DNA of 64,000 nt, from positions 124,001 to 188,000 of IMG/VR virus record IMGVR_UViG_3300020165_000007. One strand, given 5' to 3'. Below, piece by piece: positions 56,998-64,000 of this stretch (within the stretch, counting starts at the first letter, position 1; each line of letters begins with the position of its first letter). The notes under the pieces were generated by a model. That model saw only the letters and a program-made list of their open reading frames with translations. It searched no databases and was not told the DNA's origin. Both the position numbers and the translations under genes were made by a program.

Positions 56998-57366
56998 TTA
57001 ATAATTTAGTGTTGTTGCTTCCATTTTCCAATTACCATACCGACTATACTCTTCGTTAGGTTCTCCAACCTCTAACCAAGTTTCGGCACCCTTCTCACGG
57101 CTATCGTCAAAAACTTCCATCTCTGGCCACTCATCAAAAATCAATAGAGAGGCATCATCCTCATCATCAAAGTTTCCTTTGTTTTCTTCAAACCAATCAT
57201 AATCATCTTTAATCTCTTCAAGATACTCCAACAACTCTTCGGCGGTATTACCCTCATACGCGGGAGTACATTTACGAAGTGATTCAACGTCGACTTCAAT
57301 AGGTTCGGAAGCCTGTGCTATCCGATAAGATTCGCAAAAGCGAACATAAACTTTTTCTTCTGACAT
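56998..57366 (-). CDS. Acidic hypothetical protein
   Basis: Minus-strand promoter TTTG (57419-22), 20-nt spacer, TACATTTG (57391-98). Confidence 0.75.
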   Translation of the reverse strand: MSEEKVYVRFCESYRIAQASEPIEVDVESLRKCTPAYEGNTAEELLEYLEEIKDDYDWFEENKGNFDDEDDASLLIFDEWPEMEVFDDSREKGAETWLEVGEPNEEYSRYGNWKMEATTLNY

Positions 57367-57435
57367 TTTTGTTTTATTTTTTGTTCAGTACAAATGTAAA
57401 ACAAAAATCCCTTACAGACAAATAATTTTTAATAA

Positions 57436-58239
57436 TTAATCTCTTTGTGTACTAGAACTATAATTAACCCCTTCTTTCCATCCGTATTCGCTGAGTATTT
57501 TTTTCATCTCATTTTCAATTTCTCTTTGCACACTATAAGTATAACAAGGGTGAATATCTCTCCATCTTGGGTGTATTTGCACTTCACTATTGTAACTTTT
57601 CCTAACTCGGAAAACTATACTATGAATACAATTATGAGTATCTAAGTCCTTTATTCGTTTCCTAATTTCTTTTCTAAATACGTTTTTTATATAACTTTCT
57701 ATACCACTTATTACGTGTCTTTTTATAACGATACTGGCCTCTTGAGGGAAATATCTTCTAAAAAATGAGTTTAGTCTGTTATCTATTATGTTTGTGGTAC
57801 GAGCCCAATTGCCGTCTGTTTGAAGTGCCTTTTCCAAATCAATAGTTGGTGTTATAGAATATGGGTCACTTCTGGATGTATTTTTTTTAACATCAGGAAA
57901 GTTAAACGATAACCAATCAGGATATAAACTTGGGTTTTGTCTTTTATCCATCACAATAAACGCACTTGCATAATCTATGACAGTGGAAGTAATTTTATTT
58001 CTTTCCCTACGTACAGTATCATATAATTTTTGATTAGCAGTACGGTATTGTTTTTGTAATTCATCGTACTTTTCTCTACTAATTTTACGGTTTGTTGTCT
58101 TATGTCTATACACCTTTTCCTCCCATTGCCAACGGTAAGAATATAACCTATCCTTAATTTTTTTAACTCTCTTATCAAGACGGTCAATATAGTCTTGGTT
58201 CACCTTAAGAACCGACATTTCATTTAATTGTTCAGACAT
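57436..58239 (-). CDS. Basic hypothetical protein
   Basis: MSEQLNE start, R/K-rich. Confidence 0.7.
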   Translation of the reverse strand: MSEQLNEMSVLKVNQDYIDRLDKRVKKIKDRLYSYRWQWEEKVYRHKTTNRKISREKYDELQKQYRTANQKLYDTVRRERNKITSTVIDYASAFIVMDKRQNPSLYPDWLSFNFPDVKKNTSRSDPYSITPTIDLEKALQTDGNWARTTNIIDNRLNSFFRRYFPQEASIVIKRHVISGIESYIKNVFRKEIRKRIKDLDTHNCIHSIVFRVRKSYNSEVQIHPRWRDIHPCYTYSVQREIENEMKKILSEYGWKEGVNYSSSTQRD

Positions 58240-58576
58240 TACAAAACTTATTTAAATCAATTTTTAGTGTTTCTAACTCATTTTCATCGACAATACTACC
58301 AGGTACTAAATTGTAACCATCATTTCTTGTTAATTTTTTAGAACTACACCTATATGTTATTGAATGTGATTTATTACCCTTACTCACTAAGTCTGCACTT
58401 ATCAAATCACCCTCTCCTACGATATTTTCTAATTCCAATCTTCCGTCAAATTGTACATCGAGTCCTTTTTGAAATCCCACGTCATAACCTGTTTTAGCAA
58501 AATTAATAACTTGCTCATTTAGGTTATAAAGACCCCTAATTTTACTCTTTTCTAACTCAGTAATCGTAAACTTCAT
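58232..58576 (-). CDS. Hypothetical protein with ITExEKxxI...LNEQ leader
   Basis: MKFTITELEKSKIRGLYNLNEQ. Confidence 0.7.
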   Translation of the reverse strand: MKFTITELEKSKIRGLYNLNEQVINFAKTGYDVGFQKGLDVQFDGRLELENIVGEGDLISADLVSKGNKSHSITYRCSSKKLTRNDGYNLVPGSIVDENELETLKIDLNKFCNV

Positions 58577-58588
58577 ATATTATAAATA

Positions 58589-58984
58589 TTACCAACCTAT
58601 TAAACGGCTAACAGGTAATTTAAAAGTTTTTTCAAACCATTTTTTATATAATTCCTCAAATTTATTACCTAAATACCCTATTTCCGTTGAAAAATAATCT
58701 TTTGAGTAATAGAGTAGTGGAAAATCTCCTTCCATAAACTCGTTATTTGTAAAAGTAACGTTTTCTAAGTATTTTGGGTCATATAAGGCGAACCAGTCAT
58801 TAATCTCAGGTAATGAATCGACATCGTCTTTAAAAAACTGTAAAACGTCCTTTTTACCGTCAATAAACTTATTAAATTCACCAACATCACTTAAATCCCA
58901 CACATTTGTTACGGGTTTTTCGTGTTTTTTCATTAATTTGTCAAAAGCTGAAACTAATTGTGACTGTTCTATCAGTATTTCCAT
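58589..58984 (-). CDS. Hypothetical protein
   Basis: MEILIEQSQL leader; C-terminal KWFEKTFKLPV. Confidence 0.7.
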   Translation of the reverse strand: MEILIEQSQLVSAFDKLMKKHEKPVTNVWDLSDVGEFNKFIDGKKDVLQFFKDDVDSLPEINDWFALYDPKYLENVTFTNNEFMEGDFPLLYYSKDYFSTEIGYLGNKFEELYKKWFEKTFKLPVSRLIGW

Positions 58985-59024
58985 ACATATAAATATATTT
59001 TTATTTATATTTATAAATAAAAAA

Positions 59025-59192
59025 ATGAAAAAGATTTATGAGTTTAGAGATGAGTTAATGAGAAGAAAAATTGAAGGGTTCGCACAGTTCTATATAGACG
59101 AAAAAGGAAAGTACTTTTCAATTGATGAATTTATTAAAGAAGTTGACGAATTAAGGGTATGTAGTTGTCCCCCAACTGTAAATAAGGACTGA
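59025..59192 (+). CDS. Small hypothetical protein
   Basis: ATG 59025 after ATATTTATA. Confidence 0.5.
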   Translation: MKKIYEFRDELMRRKIEGFAQFYIDEKGKYFSIDEFIKEVDELRVCSCPPTVNKD

Positions 59193-59255
59193 TTACCTTT
59201 GATTTATGTATTAAATTTACTATATTTGTAGTATTAAACTAAAAAAATACTTATT

Positions 59256-59690
59256 ATGAAAAAATACCTTTTTATTACCTTATCAGTTATAATTTTATTC
59301 GGATGTACAAAAGAAACTTACCTCACCGAACCATTAATCACCCCACAAGTCGATAGTTTAACCAATAATCAGGAAGAGTTGAGTAATATTGAACTTTTCA
59401 ACAGTATGAACCGAGATGTCGAGGTTGAATTGACTTTTTATGGTAACTTAGGTGTTGGTGCTCTAGTTATGGCTCCTACTTGGACAGATACAGTATTAAC
59501 TCCTATTTACACCACGGTAGTAGACACTACAGAAACTTATACTTTAGGGGTCGGTGAGAGCTTCACAATTATGGTACAATCATTTAATAGCTGTTACGTT
59601 CAACTGGATGTAACTTTAGATGATAACGAAACCTATTCACTATATGACGATAGTAATACTGGTTATCTATACCACACCCTACAAAACTAA
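59256..59690 (+). CDS. Putative lipoprotein
   Basis: Lipobox LFG-C followed by TKE; promoter TTTG 59198 / TATATTTG 59221. Confidence 0.75.
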   Translation: MKKYLFITLSVIILFGCTKETYLTEPLITPQVDSLTNNQEELSNIELFNSMNRDVEVELTFYGNLGVGALVMAPTWTDTVLTPIYTTVVDTTETYTLGVGESFTIMVQSFNSCYVQLDVTLDDNETYSLYDDSNTGYLYHTLQN

Positions 59691-59746
59691 TTTAAGACCC
59701 ATAACCTTTTTACCGATTGTAAGTGTCCTTAAACCGTAAAATCTGT

Positions 59747-60775
59747 TTATACCCCTCTATTGTCCATTACTGACCACACTTTTAGAGTCATATCACCTCT
59801 TAAAAGTGCCGCAATTAGTCTTCCTACCCCCCAATATAACTCTCCATTAACCATTGTTGACGGTTCTGCAGTTTTTGGGTCATAATTAATGTATTCTTCG
59901 TATCTTTCGGGATTTTGGTCGAATATTTCACCAGATTTTAGACCAAATTTACTTCCAATTTCGGTATCTGAGATGTGTTGTACGTCTTCTAACTCCAGTC
60001 TATACTTTGGGTTGGTCTTAATCATCTCCATAACATGTCTTGGAGTCCTTCCGATTGACTCTTTTACTGAATCTGTCTGTAATAAGTTCAATAAATTCAT
60101 AGTTATTGGGTAATTTGGGTCTAGCTCCCAATTTTTTATCAAATTTATGTCACTTTTTGACCCTTCAGGTCTTTCATCGATGATTTCTCTCTGAAATTCA
60201 TCAGGAAAACGGTCTAAAATCTCGACCCACTTGTTATTTCCCTGTTCTATGGCTTTTTTTTTGTAACTTTCGAGGTTAATTTCAGACATTTTACTCTCAG
60301 AAATAACGTTCATCATATTTTTTATACGATTTACATCCTCAGATATCTGTTCCATATCAATTATATTCCAATCACCCTCTCGGTCCAGCCAGTCGACATC
60401 AACCTCTTCTCCTTCATCATAACAAGGGTCACAATTATTTAAGGCGTTTTTTAAGTCATACTCATCATACGCTTCAACCTCATCTTGGTACGTTCTTCTT
60501 ACTACCTCAGTACCTGAAAATTCAGTTCTTATCTTATATTTTTTGAGTTTTGGTATGATAATATCTTTATCTTCCATGTTACCCCAATCATCAAAAGTTT
60601 CTTTATTTTGAAACAATAATGCTGTTAAAAAATCGTGGTTTCCCACAATTGATGTTAAAGGGTGTGGTATCGGATAGTCGTAAATGTCGTAGTTTGAACT
60701 GTTCTCCCAAGGGTCTTTGTCCTTATACAATAATTTAGCAATACTCAGTACCTTATTAAAGTGACTTTTATCCAT
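59747..60775 (-). CDS. Two-module protein with an internal leader motif and a ParB/Srx-like C-terminus
   Basis: Start MDKSHF; internal ISEDVNRIKNMMNVISE; ELYWGVGRLIAALLRG. Confidence 0.6.
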   Translation of the reverse strand: MDKSHFNKVLSIAKLLYKDKDPWENSSNYDIYDYPIPHPLTSIVGNHDFLTALLFQNKETFDDWGNMEDKDIIIPKLKKYKIRTEFSGTEVVRRTYQDEVEAYDEYDLKNALNNCDPCYDEGEEVDVDWLDREGDWNIIDMEQISEDVNRIKNMMNVISESKMSEINLESYKKKAIEQGNNKWVEILDRFPDEFQREIIDERPEGSKSDINLIKNWELDPNYPITMNLLNLLQTDSVKESIGRTPRHVMEMIKTNPKYRLELEDVQHISDTEIGSKFGLKSGEIFDQNPERYEEYINYDPKTAEPSTMVNGELYWGVGRLIAALLRGDMTLKVWSVMDNRGV

Positions 60776-60810
60776 AACAGTAAAAAAATTCCCTATTAGA
60801 AGGATTTTTA

Positions 60811-61062
60811 TTAATCTTCGTCTTCGTCTTCGTCTTCTTCGTGACCACCTTCTAAGTCCAAGACTAATTTCTGACCACTGCAAGAACACTCACCATCTTT
60901 TAATAACATTGCGATATGGTCCAAAGTGATTTCAATTGCATCACCTTCTTCTTCGTCTTCTACTTCCATATCCATGTCCATTTCGACTTCTCCTTGCTCT
61001 GCAAGAACTCTTTTTACAATATTTTCTAAATCTGATTCCTTAAGTTTAATAATTTTTTTCAT
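60811..61062 (-). CDS. Small acidic protein with KLKESDL leader
   Basis: MKKIIKLKESDLENIVKRVLAEQ. Confidence 0.75.
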   Translation of the reverse strand: MKKIIKLKESDLENIVKRVLAEQGEVEMDMDMEVEDEEEGDAIEITLDHIAMLLKDGECSCSGQKLVLDLEGGHEEDEDEDED

Positions 61063-61487
61063 GATGTAAGTATTTTATTTAGTGCTAATATGTTATTTAA
61101 ATTATTTTTATAATTCTGAATCGCCTGTGCCATCTCATTAGACATTCCATCAACATTCGGAACAACTCTATCGATATTTTTCAAAGCATTTTTAACATCA
61201 TTATCCATACTTCTAACTAATGATTTAAGTTCTGCCTTTACCTTTTCTTCCTTTGGGTTTTGACCTTTTGGTAGTTCTTTTGGTTTTCCTGTTTTTACGT
61301 AACTTTTCTTAGTATCTCTAAAAGATTTTCTGTTTTGTTGTCTTGCTTTTACTGCTCCAACACCTCCGGCAACTTTTGCTTTTAATCTATCAACAACCTG
61401 TTCGGTAGCCTCTTCTTCTTGCTCCGCAAGAACTCTTTTTATGATATTTTCTAAATCTGATTCCTTAAGTTTTATAATTTTTGCCAT
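61059..61487 (-). CDS. Protein with KLKESDL leader
   Basis: MAKIIKLKESDLENIIKRVLAEQ. Confidence 0.75.
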   Translation of the reverse strand: MAKIIKLKESDLENIIKRVLAEQEEEATEQVVDRLKAKVAGGVGAVKARQQNRKSFRDTKKSYVKTGKPKELPKGQNPKEEKVKAELKSLVRSMDNDVKNALKNIDRVVPNVDGMSNEMAQAIQNYKNNLNNILALNKILTS

Positions 61488-61578
61488 AATAGTATTTTTA
61501 TTATAAATATAAGACTTATGTAAAAACTTTAAAGTTTTTTGGCGATTACAGAACCTTTACATTACTTTATACATTTTA

Positions 61579-62331
61579 TTATGATTCGAAATGTAATTTT
61601 ATACAAGACTCATGGAATGGGAAGAACTTATTCATCCTGTTTTTCACCGATTTTTCTACTCTATCAATCACCCACGAAGCATCCTGAAAATAACGAAGTG
61701 TGACACTATGTGGTTCCGCGTGTATGTCAAAATCTTTACCCATATCCTCATAAAATACAAATGAGTGTTCACTCACAGGGCTTATTACCATATGTACTAT
61801 TAAATCACACCCTTCTTTTTCTGAAGATACTATCTCCACACTATCGACTTGCCATACACCGTTTACGGACTCATTTACATCGGTTTCACCATCCCAATAT
61901 ATTCTATTGTCTTCAACATAGTTGTTTTCAAATGCATCTTTATTTAGTTTATCTCTTATAAGATTCTCAAGTTTATTGAATTCTACAGACTCATTAAATA
62001 AACCAAATTCACTTTTATAATACCCTTTGTTACCATCCAACGATATCTCATCATCAATCTCTTTCATTTTATTTTCTAAGTATTCACTAACATCAGATGG
62101 AAGATTTTCATCGTCTATCATACCATACTTTTTCAAAGAATTTCTAATATTACTAAACTCATTTTGAATTTTGTAATGTTCCGACCATATAGAATCCGGA
62201 GCGTCTGTAACTCTAAGTATTTCAGATTCAGTAAATCCGTTTTCTAAAAATAAAGACCTTAATTTTCTATATAATACGTATAGATTACTATCTAAGTCAG
62301 TTTGTATAATAAATTTTAGTGATGGTGACAT
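61579..62331 (-). CDS. Hypothetical protein
   Basis: 250 aa ORF with internal LFNES. Confidence 0.7.
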   Translation of the reverse strand: MSPSLKFIIQTDLDSNLYVLYRKLRSLFLENGFTESEILRVTDAPDSIWSEHYKIQNEFSNIRNSLKKYGMIDDENLPSDVSEYLENKMKEIDDEISLDGNKGYYKSEFGLFNESVEFNKLENLIRDKLNKDAFENNYVEDNRIYWDGETDVNESVNGVWQVDSVEIVSSEKEGCDLIVHMVISPVSEHSFVFYEDMGKDFDIHAEPHSVTLRYFQDASWVIDRVEKSVKNRMNKFFPFHESCIKLHFES

Positions 62332-62336
62332 ATTAA

Positions 62337-62750
62337 TTATTCATTACTTAATACTACAGGTAAAATAGCCGTTAATACGGTGGTTAATATTGTGACATTA
62401 CGTGTGTTTCTTAATCTTTTTATTTTATCCTCTTTAGATACAATTTCTAAAGATTGGTAAGTAGTCTTATCAATTAAACCTTGATTTATGAACATCAAAG
62501 AATCTGTAGTCGTTTTAAATTTATCAATTAATATATTGTTCTGTTCTACAATACTATTCAAATCATTTACTTGAGATAAAAGGGAGTCTACTTCCATTTT
62601 ACACAAATCATACTTAATTAAATCACTAGCGATTTGTTTGGCTTGGATTGTTGGAATGCAAACTAAGTCTTCACTCACTGTATCGCTTTGCGAAAAAATC
62701 GGAAAGCTCATTATGAGACATATTGTCGATACCATTAAGTGTCTTATCAT
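62337..62750 (-). CDS. Signal-peptide coiled-coil protein with hydrophobic C-terminus (spanin-like partner)
   Basis: Overlaps the 3' end of the upstream TM/coiled-coil gene. Confidence 0.55.
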   Translation of the reverse strand: MIRHLMVSTICLIMSFPIFSQSDTVSEDLVCIPTIQAKQIASDLIKYDLCKMEVDSLLSQVNDLNSIVEQNNILIDKFKTTTDSLMFINQGLIDKTTYQSLEIVSKEDKIKRLRNTRNVTILTTVLTAILPVVLSNE

Positions 62751-63048
62751 AATCTTTTTTTAACTTATCTATCTGTTTATTCCTGTTTTGAATTGTAGTG
62801 TTTAAACTATCTACCTTCGACTCGGTTTCAACTAAAGTAACCTCTAAACGTTCTTTTAATTTAGTTGCGTCATCAACTTTATCCTGTAACTTGTCTTTCT
62901 CTTCTTCTAATAAAGAATCAAATCTTTCTTCAGCAGCCATAACAGCCTTATCTACAAAATTTTTAGTCATGGACCAAACCGCAACTCCGCCTAATATACC
63001 TCCTATTAGTAATCCGACTCCTAAGGAAATTAACCTAACATTTTTCAT
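62671..63048 (-). CDS. N-terminal TM coiled-coil protein (i-spanin-like)
   Basis: LGVGLLIGGILGGVAVW followed by a long heptad repeat. Confidence 0.55.
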   Translation of the reverse strand: MKNVRLISLGVGLLIGGILGGVAVWSMTKNFVDKAVMAAEERFDSLLEEEKDKLQDKVDDATKLKERLEVTLVETESKVDSLNTTIQNRNKQIDKLKKDYDKTLNGIDNMSHNELSDFFAKRYSE

Positions 63049-63063
63049 ACTTCACCATATGAT

Positions 63064-63756
63064 TTATGCCTTCATCATCGAGGATGGAAAATCGGGTTTA
63101 GATGGAAAATCAGGTTTGTTAATCTTATCTCTTGGTGGTACTTTACCTCCTTCAAAACATTGTCCTATACCAACACATTGTAGCAAACCTTTTATTTTAT
63201 CTTCATCAATACAGAAATCCTCTTTTAGTCCTCCCATAAACTTAGATATACATCCTTGTACTTTCTCACAGTCCACATTGATACCACCGTCTTTAACTGG
63301 TACAGTACCTATTTGACCACCACCTTTACACTTATCACAAATTTCTTTAGGGATACAACCTAATTCACATAATTTACCTGTAGTTTCAGGTCCGATACCA
63401 CCGTCAACTTTAAGTCCATTTTTTCCTTGAAATACTTCAACAACATCCTTAGTCATACTTCCAAAGATACCATCAACAACTAATGGTTGTAGAGGTTCGA
63501 TACCACATGCGTTTAACGCTTCTTGAAATAACTTAACCAACTCACCTTTAGCACCTCTCTTAAGTTGTCCTTTACCGACCAATACTTGACAAAATTCGTC
63601 AGCAATTGGTAAGTATTTTTTTACAGGTACTTCTTTTTTTGGTGGAGCGTCGGTCATTGGTGGAGATACGACTTTCTCTTGTTCATTTAATAAACCCTTA
63701 TATAGACTCTGTATACTCAGTTTTTCATTTTCGGATAGTATGATTCTTTTTCCCAT
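63064..63756 (-). CDS. Peptidoglycan-binding-domain protein with leader
   Basis: LKRGAKGELVKLFQEAL...VDGIFG...FQGKNGLKVDGGIGPET; leader MGKRIILSENEK...LLNEQ. Confidence 0.8.
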   Translation of the reverse strand: MGKRIILSENEKLSIQSLYKGLLNEQEKVVSPPMTDAPPKKEVPVKKYLPIADEFCQVLVGKGQLKRGAKGELVKLFQEALNACGIEPLQPLVVDGIFGSMTKDVVEVFQGKNGLKVDGGIGPETTGKLCELGCIPKEICDKCKGGGQIGTVPVKDGGINVDCEKVQGCISKFMGGLKEDFCIDEDKIKGLLQCVGIGQCFEGGKVPPRDKINKPDFPSKPDFPSSMMKA

Positions 63757-63831
63757 AATATTAAGTTTTACTATAAATACTTTTATAAATGAAAAATCCC
63801 CATTAATGAGGATTTTTCTTAATTAAAACAT

Positions 63832-63975
63832 TTATTTTTCATTCTTAAGTTCATCTCTTACGTCCCAATAATGTTCTCTAAGTCTTCTACCGAGTTGTTG
63901 CTCATTAAGCTTTTCATCTATAATCCATTTTGTTATTACGGAAATAGGTAGGTGGTGATATTCTTTATTACTCAT
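63832..63975 (-). CDS. Small hypothetical protein (47 aa)
   Basis: MSNKEYHHLP...LKNEK*; hairpin near 63792-63817 follows. Confidence 0.5.
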   Translation of the reverse strand: MSNKEYHHLPISVITKWIIDEKLNEQQLGRRLREHYWDVRDELKNEK

Positions 63976-64000
63976 TTTCTACTCTATTAATAATTTGTGG

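Noticed and set aside
60776-60889. Poly-Arg N-terminus of the 380-aa ORF
   Set aside because: An alternate-frame reading of the EDEDED tail of the upstream gene
1-64000. Stop-codon reassignment, as in some large Bacteroidota phages
   Set aside because: Known genes are full length in code 11, TGA and TAG both end plausible genes, and no suppressor tRNA was seen
1-64000. CRISPR array
   Set aside because: No repeat-spacer series; the repeats found are coding repeats or a two-copy duplication

Overview
A gene-dense, AT-rich 64 kb segment of a large (jumbo-type) tailed phage genome. The host is very likely Bacteroidota: there are many TTTG-N19/20-TAnnTTTG promoters, no obvious Shine-Dalgarno sites, a tmRNA tag starting GE, and T9SS-type genes. 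Standard code 11 gives long intact ORFs. The window holds 13 tRNAs (including a rare Ile-UAU), a tmRNA, and two unannotated structured RNA regions inside the tRNA cluster. It also carries protein quality-control genes (N-domain-less ClpC, ClpP, a divergent twin-UVR protein, DnaK, an FKBP PPIase, an M20/M28 peptidase), cell-wall and lysis genes (amidase, lysozyme-like, M23, PG-binding, holin- and spanin-like), a PPK2 multidomain fusion, RmlC, a DenV-like glycosylase and a large probable virion protein. Four candidates stand out: (1) a phage-encoded type IX secretion cargo with a type B CTD plus a PorP/SprF-family adaptor and other envelope-sorted proteins; (2) about 20 unrelated genes that share a TATTTAT upstream motif and short leaders ending in [ILV]-x-E, possibly a capsid-loading/protease-maturation signal; (3) an ornate ncRNA with T-loops; (4) a tmRNA-ClpCP-adaptor proteolysis set. 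All family assignments come from motifs recognised by eye, with no database searches. Several starts were moved to the most plausible ATG.
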